A program made the position numbers and the translations under genes. From the IMG/VR virus record IMGVR_UViG_3300018495_000012, positions 2,556-66,555 of that record: 64,000 nt of DNA; one strand, 5' to 3'. Below, one piece after another: positions 39,907 through 50,077 of the stretch (position 1 is the stretch's first letter; each line of letters starts with the position of its first letter). The stretch comes from a virus (taxonomy: Duplodnaviria; Caudoviricetes). The notes beneath the pieces were generated by a model. The model saw only the letters and a program-made list of their open reading frames with translations. It did not search any database and was not told the DNA's origin.

Positions 39907-40020
39907 AGGGATGGACTCAGCTTCGAAGGGTCCGGAAACTATTGGAGAGATGTGTTTGACTACCCGTGGCTTTACGCTCCGGGCGGTCTTGATTAAATTG
40001 TATTGAAAGGAGACTGGTCT

Positions 40021-40251
40021 ATGACAGGTAAAGATCTAATCATTTACATTTTACAGAATAACCTTGAAAACGTGCCGATTGACTTTTCAAACGGATTCTT
40101 AGGTTTTCTGACCGTTAAGCAAGCTGCCGTGTTACACAACGTTGGTGAAGCCACAGTTCGTATATGGCATCAGCTTAAAGCGATCGAAGGGATAATGATC
40201 GGCGACGAACTTTATATTTTACCGACTAGTAAACCAAAAATCGATATGTGA
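40021..40251 (+). CDS. Small HTH-like DNA-binding protein
   Basis: LTVKQAAVLHNVGEATVRIW (excisionase/MerR-like HTH). Confidence 0.55.
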   Translation: MTGKDLIIYILQNNLENVPIDFSNGFLGFLTVKQAAVLHNVGEATVRIWHQLKAIEGIMIGDELYILPTSKPKIDM

Positions 40252-40425
40252 TCGAATGAAAGGGGATCTTACTAATGAACCGACTTATTGCATTTTTATC
40301 GATGCTTGATCATTCATTAGATACAAAGAAAAGACGTCACATCGCAGGGGGTATTTTATTGAGCGTCTCCGTACTATTTGGCGGATTAGCATTTACCGTC
40401 ATGACATTAAAAATGGAGGATATTA

Positions 40426-41022
40426 TTGAAGATGAACAAAACGTTTAGTTATATTTTGACGTTTTCTGCGGGCGTAGCGATAGGAGTTGCTGCGTCCTGG
40501 AAATTACTCAAAGATCATTATGAAAAAATTACACAGGAGGAGATCGATTCATTTTACGATTCGTTATCTCCTTCTAAGAACCATGAGGAAGAAACTCATG
40601 AAACAGAAGTCAACGAGGTCGTAGTTGCGAAAAAAGAATACGCAGACGTACTAACAGCGACCGGATATGCAGGTAAAGAAATCACAGACGAGGAGGTGTC
40701 AGATGTGAGACCTAAAGTTATTAGCGATAGCGAATTCGCAGCTCTCGACGAAAACGAATATGACATAATCACACTTACGTATTATGCAGACGGAATTCTC
40801 TCGGACGACCGCGATGATATTATCTATGATATAGACGATATTATCGGAGAAGATTCGCTTGAAGCGTTTAAAGACGTTGACGAACGCGGTAATCCAGTAG
40901 ATACAATTTATGTTGTCAATGATGAACTGGGAACAGCGTACGAGATCTTGAGAGATAATCGTGAGTATGAATCCGTTACTAGAAAGCTCTACAGAGGGTC
41001 ACATCTGGATAACGACACATGA
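40426..41022 (+). CDS. Hypothetical acidic protein with N-terminal membrane anchor
   Basis: ILTFSAGVAIGVAASW, then Asp/Glu-rich body (LTYYADGIL.DD). Confidence 0.6.
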   Translation: MKMNKTFSYILTFSAGVAIGVAASWKLLKDHYEKITQEEIDSFYDSLSPSKNHEEETHETEVNEVVVAKKEYADVLTATGYAGKEITDEEVSDVRPKVISDSEFAALDENEYDIITLTYYADGILSDDRDDIIYDIDDIIGEDSLEAFKDVDERGNPVDTIYVVNDELGTAYEILRDNREYESVTRKLYRGSHLDNDT

Positions 41023-41567
41023 CACAAAAAGACATTATCAATGAATATTTTAATTGGTTATGCGACGTAGCATGTCAGCAAAGATTCGCAAAGCCTATAC
41101 CATTTAAAAAACTATTTACAAGGTTGCATGATACCGATTTTATATTCTTGATACCGAGGGATGAAGACCGAGCTGAAAATGGCATAAGTCTTCGTTATCA
41201 GTTCGCCGTTAATAACGGATATGAGGACTACGTCCATACAGTTCTGGATTACTTGAGAGGACCTTGTAGTGTTCTTGAAATGATGGTCGCATTAGCGATT
41301 AAAATGGAAGAGACTATGGAAGATCCCGTAAGAGGCGACAGAACTGGACAATGGTTCTGGATAATGATAAGAAACCTCGGCTTGAGTGGGATGGACGATG
41401 TGAGATTTGATAAAAAACTAGTCGATGGAATACTTGATAGATTTTTAAATCGAGCATACGACTCAGACGGAAAAGGTGGGTTATTCATAATCCATAACTG
41501 CGACGTCGACCTAAGATATGTTGAAATTTGGTATCAAATGTGCTGGTATTTAGATACTTTTGTGTGA
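41019..41567 (+). CDS. Hypothetical protein, 182 aa
   Basis: ORF track; overlaps the previous stop. Confidence 0.65.
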   Translation: MTQKDIINEYFNWLCDVACQQRFAKPIPFKKLFTRLHDTDFIFLIPRDEDRAENGISLRYQFAVNNGYEDYVHTVLDYLRGPCSVLEMMVALAIKMEETMEDPVRGDRTGQWFWIMIRNLGLSGMDDVRFDKKLVDGILDRFLNRAYDSDGKGGLFIIHNCDVDLRYVEIWYQMCWYLDTFV

Positions 41568-41592
41568 CTATTAGAAAAGGAGAAAAAGGAAT

Positions 41593-44500
41593 GTGCTTGA
41601 CTTTTTGATAATTTCAACCGAGACGAAAAAATCGGGTGCAATTGAAGTCTATCCAAAGTTTGTAATGAAAAAAAGCTCCGACCTAATGGTTCGAGGTGGT
41701 GACTTCTACGCTATTTGGTGCGAGGATAGAGGACTGTGGTCTACGGACGAACAAGACGCTATCGACCTTATAGACAGAGAGCTCGAAGCTTACGTAGAAA
41801 GACATCGTCAAGAACTAGGAAGTCGTGTAAAAATCCTATATATGTGGGATGCGGAGTCAGGCATGATCGATCGATGGCATAAATACTGTCAACAACAATT
41901 GAGAGCTTCATACACCATGTTAGATGAGAAACTTATATTTTCTAACATGGAAGCTAATAAAAAAGACTATGCAAGCAAACGATTGAATTATCCATTAGAA
42001 CCTGGAAGTATTGAGGCGTGGGATAAGCTAATCGGCACACTGTACGAGCCAGAAGAACGAGCAAAAATAGAATGGGCCATCGGAGCGATAGTTACCGGTG
42101 GTTCTAAAACTTTGCAGAAATTCATGGTTTTGTATGGTTCTGCCGGTACTGGTAAATCTACGATCATCAATGTCATCCAGCAGCTATTCGATGGATATTA
42201 TTCGGTATTTGATGCAAAAGCGCTTGGTTCATCTAACAGTGCATTCGCGTTAGAATCTTTTAGAACCAATCCGCTTGTAGCGATTCAACATGACGGTGAT
42301 TTGTCTAAGATCGAGGATAATACTAGATTGAACAGTTTGGTCTCTCATGAGCGTATGACTGTGAACGAGAAATACACAAAAACATACGACAATGACTTTA
42401 AATGTTTCTTAATCATGGGCACCAACAAACCTGTAAAGATTACAGATGCAAAATCTGGTATTATTCGACGATTGATTGATGTATCGCCATCTGGCAAAAA
42501 ACTTAACCCGAAAGAGTATAGAGCGGTTACGAAACAAGTCAGCTTTGAGCTAGGTGCTATTGCGTGTCACTGCAGGGACATATATTTAGCGAATCCGCAT
42601 AGGTATGACGATTATATTCCTATGACGATGTTCGGAGCGACTAACGACTTCTATAACTTCATTCTTGATTCGTATCATATATTTAAAAAGGAAGATGGTA
42701 CGACGATGAAAGCTGCTTGGGAAATGTATAAAAACTACTGCGATGATGCAAAGGTTCCATATCCGTTATCTCAGCGAAGCTTCAAAGAAGAACTTAAAAA
42801 CTACTTTTGGGAATACAACGATAGATTCAGTTTAGATGATGGATCCAGAGTCCGTAGTTATTACACAGGATTCAGGACTGATAAATTTGAACCTCCTGAC
42901 GAGGGTAAGAAAGAAGAACATACAGCAAAACTTATCGACTTTATATTTACAGAATCTATATTCGATAAAGAACGATTTAATTGCGTCGCTCAATATGCTA
43001 CGTCAAAGGGTACACCTACTGAAAAGTGGGACGAGGTTAAGACTAGACTATCCGAATTGGATACTTCTAAGCTTCACTTCGTAAAAGTCCCAGAGAATCA
43101 TATTGTTATTGACTTCGATCTTCGTGGTAATGATGGTAGAAAATCGCTTAAACGAAACGTCGAAGAAGCTAGTAAATGGCCGCCTACGTACGCTGAATTA
43201 AGTAAAAGTGGAAACGGTGTGCATTTGCATTATATTTATGATGGCGACGTATCTAAGCTTAGTCGAATATACGATGAAAATATTGAAGTGAAAGTATTTA
43301 CGGGCAAGAGTTCTCTTCGAAGAAAACTTACGAAGTGTAACGACTTACCTATTGCTACTATTAATTCTGGATTGCCGTTGAAAGGAGAGGATAAGTTGAT
43401 AAATTTTGAAGGCGTTAAAAACGAAAAAATGTTGAGACGGATGATATTGAAGAATCTCAACAAAGAGTATCACGATGCTACCAAACCTAGCGTGGATTAT
43501 ATTTACGCATTACTTGAAGAAGCGTATAAAAAAGGTATTGGTTACGACGTGAGTGATTTACGAAATGCAGTGTTGGCGTTTGCTGTCAATAGTACAAACC
43601 AATCTGACTACTGCATCAAACTCGTAAACAAAATGAAATTTAAATCAGAAGAGCCGTCAATCGATGAAGTTGTCGACAATGACGGTAAATACGTATTCTA
43701 CGACGTTGAGGTATTTCCTAACTTATTCCTAGTCAACTGGAAAATGCAAGGTAAGGATAAACCTGTAGTACGAATGATAAACCCGACACCGTCAGATATT
43801 GAGGAGTTGCTACACTTCAAACTGATAGGGTTCAACTGTCGTAGATACGATAACCATATGTTATATGCTCGACTTATGGGATATGACAACGAGCAGCTGT
43901 ATAAACTGTCTCAGAATATTGTTAGTGGTGTCCGAAATGCATTCTTCGGAGAAGCCTACAACATATCGTTTACGGACGTTTACGACTTTGCCGCAAAGAA
44001 GCAGTCTTTGAAGAAATGGGAAATCGAACTTGGTATTCATCACCAGGAACTTGGTTTGCCTTGGGATCAACCTGTTCCGGAAGAGATGTGGACTAAAGTT
44101 GCTGAGTACTGTGATAACGACGTAATCGCAACTGAAGCGGTATTCGAGCGTCTTGCAGGTGACTGGAAAGCGCGTCAGATACTTGCTGATATTGCAGGCG
44201 GAACCTATAACGATACGACTAACAGTCTATCTACTAAATTTATATTTGGTAACAATCGCAAACCTCAGAACCAATTCAACTATCGTAATCTAGCAGAGCC
44301 TGTTGGACCTGAGCATTACGATGAATTGGTAGAGGCTTACGGACGTACAGATTTCCGTATATTTGACGACAAAGGTCAACCTATCTATAAGACATACACT
44401 CACGGTATGCAGTTGCCTAAAGGATACAGCTTGCTTCCGTTCTTCCCCGGATACGAATTCAAGAATGGTAAGTCTACTTATCGAGGAATTGAGGTCGGCG

Positions 44501-45720
44501 AAGGCGGATGCGTAATAGCCGAACCGGGCATTCATGTTTTAATAGCATTACTCGACGTCGCATCGATGCATCCTGCTAGTATTATTGCAGAAATGCTGTT
44601 TGGTCCGGAGTTCACGAAACGATTCCAGGATATTAGAGATGCTCGTGTAGCGATCAAACATAAAGATTTCGATACCGCTAGAAGTATGCTTAATGGCGCT
44701 TTGGCTAAGTACTTGGACGATGAAGAATTAGCGTCCGACTTGGCTCAAGCTTTGAAGATCGTAATCAACTCAGTTTATGGTTTGACAGCGGCTGCATTTG
44801 AGAATCCGTTCAGAGATCCTCGTAATAAGGACAACATCGTAGCTAAGCGTGGAGCTTTGTTCATGGTAAATCTTATGTACGAAGTTCAGGCGAGAGGATT
44901 CACTGTAGCTCATATCAAGACCGACTCTATTAAGATACCTAACGCCACACCTGAAATTATTCAGTTTGTTATGGATTATGGTAAAGAATTCGGTTACACA
45001 TTCGAGCACGAGGCTACGTACGACCGTATGTGTCTTGTAAATAACGCTGTTTATATTGCTAAGTATAAAGGCGGTAAGCATGATGGCGAATGGACTGCTA
45101 CAGGCACTCAATTCCAGGTACCGTACGTATTCAAGACTCTGTTTAGCAAAGAACCTATTGAGTTTGACGATATGTGCGAAACAAAGAGCGTTAGTACAGC
45201 TATATATTTGAAACGCTCAGAAGATGAGATCACTATCGACCTCAATACCGGTAAGGAGACAGTAATACCTAAGGACAGCACTCCTGAATTCATAGGACGA
45301 GTTGGTAGATTCTGTCCGATTAAACCTGGCTGTGGCGGTAGTGAGCTATTGCGCGAAAGTAAGGATAAGGACGGTAATGTTAAATACGGAGCTGTTACTG
45401 GAGCAAAAGGCTATGAATGGCTTGAGTCCGAGGTAGTTAAGCTGCTTAATAAAGAAGCCGATATAGACCGCTCATATTACGATAAACTCGTAGACGAAGC
45501 GATTGATGCTATATCTGAATACGGCGACTTCGAATGGTTTGTTTCGGATGACGTGAGCGAACCTATAGAGCCGCCTAAAGAGGTCTTGCCTTGGTTGGTA
45601 GCTTGCGGTAAAACAACTTGCTTAGGCTGCCCTCACTTTACAAACGACCGCTTTGACATGGATTGTAAAGCTGGTTATGACAATTCAGATTTCATTAAGA
45701 TGATGACTAGTCAGGAGTGA
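41593..45720 (+). CDS. Fused SF3-type helicase / AEP-like primase / family-B DNA polymerase with 3'-5' exonuclease
   Basis: GSAGTGKST; VIDFD and SKSGNGVHLHY; FYDVEVF, GFNCRRYD, YCDNDV; LDVASMHP, KIVINSVYG, IKTDS. Confidence 0.8.
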   Translation: MLDFLIISTETKKSGAIEVYPKFVMKKSSDLMVRGGDFYAIWCEDRGLWSTDEQDAIDLIDRELEAYVERHRQELGSRVKILYMWDAESGMIDRWHKYCQQQLRASYTMLDEKLIFSNMEANKKDYASKRLNYPLEPGSIEAWDKLIGTLYEPEERAKIEWAIGAIVTGGSKTLQKFMVLYGSAGTGKSTIINVIQQLFDGYYSVFDAKALGSSNSAFALESFRTNPLVAIQHDGDLSKIEDNTRLNSLVSHERMTVNEKYTKTYDNDFKCFLIMGTNKPVKITDAKSGIIRRLIDVSPSGKKLNPKEYRAVTKQVSFELGAIACHCRDIYLANPHRYDDYIPMTMFGATNDFYNFILDSYHIFKKEDGTTMKAAWEMYKNYCDDAKVPYPLSQRSFKEELKNYFWEYNDRFSLDDGSRVRSYYTGFRTDKFEPPDEGKKEEHTAKLIDFIFTESIFDKERFNCVAQYATSKGTPTEKWDEVKTRLSELDTSKLHFVKVPENHIVIDFDLRGNDGRKSLKRNVEEASKWPPTYAELSKSGNGVHLHYIYDGDVSKLSRIYDENIEVKVFTGKSSLRRKLTKCNDLPIATINSGLPLKGEDKLINFEGVKNEKMLRRMILKNLNKEYHDATKPSVDYIYALLEEAYKKGIGYDVSDLRNAVLAFAVNSTNQSDYCIKLVNKMKFKSEEPSIDEVVDNDGKYVFYDVEVFPNLFLVNWKMQGKDKPVVRMINPTPSDIEELLHFKLIGFNCRRYDNHMLYARLMGYDNEQLYKLSQNIVSGVRNAFFGEAYNISFTDVYDFAAKKQSLKKWEIELGIHHQELGLPWDQPVPEEMWTKVAEYCDNDVIATEAVFERLAGDWKARQILADIAGGTYNDTTNSLSTKFIFGNNRKPQNQFNYRNLAEPVGPEHYDELVEAYGRTDFRIFDDKGQPIYKTYTHGMQLPKGYSLLPFFPGYEFKNGKSTYRGIEVGEGGCVIAEPGIHVLIALLDVASMHPASIIAEMLFGPEFTKRFQDIRDARVAIKHKDFDTARSMLNGALAKYLDDEELASDLAQALKIVINSVYGLTAAAFENPFRDPRNKDNIVAKRGALFMVNLMYEVQARGFTVAHIKTDSIKIPNATPEIIQFVMDYGKEFGYTFEHEATYDRMCLVNNAVYIAKYKGGKHDGEWTATGTQFQVPYVFKTLFSKEPIEFDDMCETKSVSTAIYLKRSEDEITIDLNTGKETVIPKDSTPEFIGRVGRFCPIKPGCGGSELLRESKDKDGNVKYGAVTGAKGYEWLESEVVKLLNKEADIDRSYYDKLVDEAIDAISEYGDFEWFVSDDVSEPIEPPKEVLPWLVACGKTTCLGCPHFTNDRFDMDCKAGYDNSDFIKMMTSQE

Positions 45721-46016
45721 GCACCTCGCAAAATAAAATAGACAGACTTCAGAGAATTATAATATTGCATTCTTATATTTACTATCACTTAGACGACAAC
45801 GTCCTAACCGACTTCGAATACGATTCTAAAGCGCATAGACTCGCTGCTTATAAACAGGAGTATCCTGAACTTTGGAAGAGCAGTAAGTATTACGAGCAGT
45901 TCGGAGACGATTACGATGGATCAACGGGGTTTGGTCTTTATGACAGGCTAGACCCTGAACAACAAAAAATTATACGTCATATAGCAAAATATAGACACGA
46001 AAAGGAGAAACAATAA
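45717..46016 (+). CDS. Stand-alone NAD+-dependent ligase domain Ia-like protein
   Basis: IILHSYIYYHLDDNVLTDFEYD resembles the LigA N-terminal HxYxYYxxDxPxxSDxEYD; no KxDG adenylation motif. Confidence 0.6.
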   Translation: MSTSQNKIDRLQRIIILHSYIYYHLDDNVLTDFEYDSKAHRLAAYKQEYPELWKSSKYYEQFGDDYDGSTGFGLYDRLDPEQQKIIRHIAKYRHEKEKQ

Positions 46017-46513
46017 TGGCAATTATATCACCTAGATCTCAGAGAGAAAAAAAACTTATTCACATCGAAAATTCAAGATTTATATTTAACACAAACTTTG
46101 CGGGGGATCCTGAAAAAGACAGATTCGGTTCTGACGCAAGACAGGCGAACCTTGTAATTCCTTCGTACGAGCAGGCTATGGAACTTCTCGATATGGGTCT
46201 TAAGGTTAAACAGACTAATCCTAGACCTGGCGAGGAAGAAAACTATGAACCGACATATTTCGTATCGATTAAAGCGAACTATGATTCAGACTGGCCTCCT
46301 AAGGTACATCTTATCTCAGGCGATTCCGAACCTAGATTGCTCGATGAAGAATCTGTGGGTCTTATAGACAAATGCTACGTATTGAACGTAGATGCGGTTC
46401 TTAACGTTTATGAGAATTCAAGAACTGGTACAAAATCCTTGTACGTACGAACACTGTATGTAACACAGGACGTTGAAGAAGATCCGTTTGCTGCAAAATA
46501 CGCAAGACGATAA
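46016..46513 (+). CDS. Putative single-stranded DNA-binding protein
   Basis: 165 aa beta-rich protein after the replicase; acidic C-terminal VEEDPF. Confidence 0.55.
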   Translation: MAIISPRSQREKKLIHIENSRFIFNTNFAGDPEKDRFGSDARQANLVIPSYEQAMELLDMGLKVKQTNPRPGEEENYEPTYFVSIKANYDSDWPPKVHLISGDSEPRLLDEESVGLIDKCYVLNVDAVLNVYENSRTGTKSLYVRTLYVTQDVEEDPFAAKYARR

Positions 46514-46538
46514 ATACATCCCCATGTCCCGCGTGAAA

Positions 46539-46563
46539 CGCGATAAATACATGGTCCTTTATA
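46539..46563 (+). promoter_or_regulatory. Motif copy 15
   Basis: CGCG ataaat ACA tggtcct TTATA. Confidence 0.75.
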
Positions 46564-46588
46564 GAAAACATTAAAGGAGGGCCTTGTT

Positions 46589-46738
46589 ATGGCTAAGTAT
46601 AAGATAATCAAAAAATCAACAAAGAAAGAACAAGAGGAAAAAGTCGATTATGAATATTTGATTGAGGCGGCTAAACTCTTGGGTTTTAAAAGTGTTGACG
46701 ATATGAAAGTTCATATTGATAGACATGGCGCTATTTAA
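46589..46738 (+). CDS. Cassette ORF, 49 aa
   Basis: RBS AAAGGAGG; MAKYKIIKK...RHGAI; terminator 46744-46785. Confidence 0.65.
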   Translation: MAKYKIIKKSTKKEQEEKVDYEYLIEAAKLLGFKSVDDMKVHIDRHGAI

Positions 46739-46841
46739 TAACTAAGAAAAGACTTGGTGAGAACATCACTGAGTCTTTCTTTTTTATATTCCACTACCCG
46801 TCACTTAGTCACTGGAAATACATTTAAGGGAGCTGGCTATA

Positions 46842-47204
46842 ATGACCAGAGAAATGAAGTTGTACGGAGACAAAGTTTACGGAGTAAAAGTATCAGACTA
46901 CGGATTAGAACGTGGGTATTTGGACTACAGAGCACTGGCTGGAATCTTAGAAGACGTAATCTTAAATAACACCATTCGTGCTGAAACTATGTGTGATTGG
47001 GAGATCGTGACTGGTGAATTCAAAGAAATGATATTTCAAGACTACATCATTTCAGAGCGCGGTTACGAATTCTTGAAAGATTTTACGGACGAAATTGTGT
47101 TCTATAACGAAAAGCTTGACGTTTATATTTGGGGCGTTACGCATTTCGGAACTAGCTGGGATTATGTGTTGACAGATATTCGACTAATTAAGGAGGATGA
47201 CTAA
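46842..47204 (+). CDS. Hypothetical protein, 120 aa
   Basis: ORF track; IFQDYIIS..YIWGVTHFGTSWDYV. Confidence 0.7.
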   Translation: MTREMKLYGDKVYGVKVSDYGLERGYLDYRALAGILEDVILNNTIRAETMCDWEIVTGEFKEMIFQDYIISERGYEFLKDFTDEIVFYNEKLDVYIWGVTHFGTSWDYVLTDIRLIKEDD

Positions 47205-47206
47205 TC

Positions 47207-47581
47207 ATGAAAACCGAGAAATGGTATAACAAACGATTACGTGAGTATTTTATGGATCACTATGGAGAGCATGAGTATGATTCTGAATGGTTTGTAAATC
47301 CAGCACCGAACAAATGGAAATGCTACCTACCAGGACCTCAGTTGACTATCACATTCGCTTGTGACGACGATGGTGAGGTTACAGAGTATATTCACGGTTT
47401 AAATATGAGACCCGAGGTTTTATATTCTATCGTGCAAGCTGCCGGACGTGGCATGGACGCTCTGTATGAGGATTTTATTATCCACCTTGTCGGCGAAGAA
47501 GGTTTTCAAGTATTACGAACTCACAAGAAACTATTAACTTGTGGGTCTATTAACGGGCGTAATCTATATACGCTAAATTGA
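47207..47581 (+). CDS. Hypothetical protein, 124 aa
   Basis: RBS AAGGAGG; terminator 47589-47620. Confidence 0.7.
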   Translation: MKTEKWYNKRLREYFMDHYGEHEYDSEWFVNPAPNKWKCYLPGPQLTITFACDDDGEVTEYIHGLNMRPEVLYSIVQAAGRGMDALYEDFIIHLVGEEGFQVLRTHKKLLTCGSINGRNLYTLN

Positions 47582-47644
47582 TATTTTAAGAGGGTCCGCT
47601 TCGGCGGGCTCTTTAGTTTTTATTAATGAAAAGGAGAAAAAAGT

Positions 47645-48820
47645 ATGAACGAGTTCAAAAACATAGCGACAATTGAATGGGCACATGCGTATTTGACCAA
47701 TCGTGGTTTTTCAGTTGAGTCGCACCCTGTAACTCAGCAAAACGTATCGTACGATATTTCTATTCGCAAAAACGGATTTTATAGAAAAGAACGAATCTAT
47801 GGATTATGTAATGTTTCTTATGAGGTGGCAATACAACGTTTAAATCGAATGATTCGCGATTTTGAAAAAGATTATTGTACAAGAGAAGTAAGTTCGACAT
47901 GTCCTGATCGTCATTCATGTTCTAGTTATGCATTTCGTAGGAATGGCTGCATAGGATGTTCTGAATTTGAAAAGGAGAAAAACAAAATGAAAAACATTGT
48001 ATTTGATATTTCAAGAGACGGACCGGTAGACAAGCTGGTTATGAAGGATAATGTGTACGATGTATGCGTTAAAGAAGTGGATTCTTATGGCTCACCCTAC
48101 GATACGAAAACTGTTCTTAAGGCTGAAATCACAGATAAGTCGCCGATTAGATACGAGCCTAAAATCACGACGAGAACAGACGGTATAATGGCTCAGATAG
48201 AGGCATATAAAGTTATGACCACTTACAACCCCGATCGCAAAGACTCCATCAACGAAGGTAAACTTCAGATTAAGGACGTTATATTCAATCCGCCTGCTAC
48301 TATCGTATTCTGGTCTGATGGATCAAAGACTGTAGTGAAGGCTGCGAACGAGGTATACGATCCCGAGAAGGGTCTTGCTATGGCGATTGCTAAGCGAGCT
48401 ATGGGCAACCAGGGCAACTACTTCGAAACGTTTAAGAAGTATGTTGATCCGTATAACGAGAAGTGCATCGGTGATATTTCAGAATTCGCTAGGATTTTCG
48501 CTAGTATTGTTAGTGGAAAACCTATAGCTAAAGTTAAATCCGTAGAAGAAACCGAGACTGGAGTTACTGTAAAAGCTGAACTTAACAAACCTCTTCCTGA
48601 AAAACCTTACCGCATCTGGTACTCATATTACCACTCATCGGATGGAAGCTTTGCTGGTTCAGGCGTGTATCATAAAGAATACATACGTAAGTGTGATGCT
48701 TCCAGGATCGCTAAGAAACGATATATCAGTAACGATAAAATTACAGTTCGTTGGATGGTAGCTCAGGAGAACCCTTGGATTAGCGGTGAATGGGAAAAGA
48801 AATTCGGAAGTGACAGCTGA
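47645..48820 (+). CDS. Hypothetical multi-module protein
   Basis: 391 aa; contains IKDVIFNPPATIVFWSDGSKTVVK..DPEKGLAMAIAK block. Confidence 0.65.
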   Translation: MNEFKNIATIEWAHAYLTNRGFSVESHPVTQQNVSYDISIRKNGFYRKERIYGLCNVSYEVAIQRLNRMIRDFEKDYCTREVSSTCPDRHSCSSYAFRRNGCIGCSEFEKEKNKMKNIVFDISRDGPVDKLVMKDNVYDVCVKEVDSYGSPYDTKTVLKAEITDKSPIRYEPKITTRTDGIMAQIEAYKVMTTYNPDRKDSINEGKLQIKDVIFNPPATIVFWSDGSKTVVKAANEVYDPEKGLAMAIAKRAMGNQGNYFETFKKYVDPYNEKCIGDISEFARIFASIVSGKPIAKVKSVEETETGVTVKAELNKPLPEKPYRIWYSYYHSSDGSFAGSGVYHKEYIRKCDASRIAKKRYISNDKITVRWMVAQENPWISGEWEKKFGSDS

Positions 48821-50043
48821 TGGCGATTCAGCTACGAGACTATCAGCTAGACGCTATTGAACGAATGTCTAACGGCTGCATACTCAACGGCGGAGTTGGA
48901 TCTGGTAAATCTCGTACGGCGCTTGCATACTATTACAAAGAGCAAGGCGGAGATTTGCATTCCGACCGCTATAAAGAGATGGATAAACCGAAAGACCTAT
49001 ACATAATCACTACGGCGCGAAAACGAGATACTTTGGAATGGGAAGGCGAAATGGCACCGTTCCTAATCACTACAAAACCTGACTTAGCAATCTACCATAA
49101 TCACAAGGTTGTAGTGGACTCGTGGAATAACATAAAAAAGTATCAAGATGTGTACGGGGCATTCTTTATATTTGACGAGCAGAGAGTTGTCGGTTCTGGA
49201 GCGTGGGTAAAGGCATTCTTAAAGATTGCAAGAAAAAACAAATGGATTCTTTTATCTGCGACTCCAGGAGACACTTGGACTGATTATATTCCGGTGTTTG
49301 TTGCTAATGGGTTCTATAGAAATAAAACAGAATTCATTAACAAGCATGTTATATATCGATGGGTAAATAAGAGTTATCCTAAAATCGATAGGTACATAAA
49401 CACCGGACGACTAATCAAGCTGCGAAATCAAATCTTGGTCGACATGGATTTCCATCGAAGTACGGTGTCACATCATAACGATATCTTTGTTCAGTATGAT
49501 ATTTTGAAATACAAGGAACTGACTAAGCATCGTTGGAACCCGTATACGAATGAACCGGTAATCAATGCTGCTGAGTTATGTTACACCTGGAGACGAATCG
49601 TAAACGAAGACCAATCAAGGCAAGTAGCATTGCTTGAGCTGTTCGAGAAACATCCTAAGATGATAGTCTTCTATAACTTCGATTATGAGCTTGATATTCT
49701 AAGAGGCATATTCGAAGCTTCTGGTACGACCTACGCAGAATGGAACGGACATAAGCATCAACCTATTCCGGAAGGAAAACAATGGGTTTACTTAGTTCAG
49801 TATACTGCCGGCTGTGAAGGGTGGAACTGTATAACAACTGATACGATAGTATTCTACTCTCAGAACTATAGCTATAAAGTTATGGAGCAGGCTAGAGGAC
49901 GAATCGATCGAATGAATACGCCATTTATCAATTTATATTACTATCATCTAAAGAGCAGAGCGCCTATCGACTTAGCTATTAGTAGAGCCGTAGCTTCAAA
50001 GAAGAGCTTTAATGAGTCTAGGTACGCTAGTCGCTTCGCGTAA
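48820..50043 (+). CDS. Superfamily 2 (SNF2-like) helicase
   Basis: GVGSGKS, IFDEQR, LLSATP, QARGRIDR. Confidence 0.85.
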   Translation: MAIQLRDYQLDAIERMSNGCILNGGVGSGKSRTALAYYYKEQGGDLHSDRYKEMDKPKDLYIITTARKRDTLEWEGEMAPFLITTKPDLAIYHNHKVVVDSWNNIKKYQDVYGAFFIFDEQRVVGSGAWVKAFLKIARKNKWILLSATPGDTWTDYIPVFVANGFYRNKTEFINKHVIYRWVNKSYPKIDRYINTGRLIKLRNQILVDMDFHRSTVSHHNDIFVQYDILKYKELTKHRWNPYTNEPVINAAELCYTWRRIVNEDQSRQVALLELFEKHPKMIVFYNFDYELDILRGIFEASGTTYAEWNGHKHQPIPEGKQWVYLVQYTAGCEGWNCITTDTIVFYSQNYSYKVMEQARGRIDRMNTPFINLYYYHLKSRAPIDLAISRAVASKKSFNESRYASRFA

Positions 50044-50061
50044 ATTGCATCCGATATTATG
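50037..50061 (+). promoter_or_regulatory. Motif copy 16
   Basis: CGCG taaatt GCA tccgata TTATG, followed by AAAGGA. Confidence 0.7.
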
Positions 50062-50077
50062 AAAGGATGTGTTGTAT

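Noticed and set aside
46837-46842. Perfect TATAAT upstream of the 46842 gene as a host promoter
   Set aside because: It overlaps the start codon downstream of the RBS and has no matching -35 element
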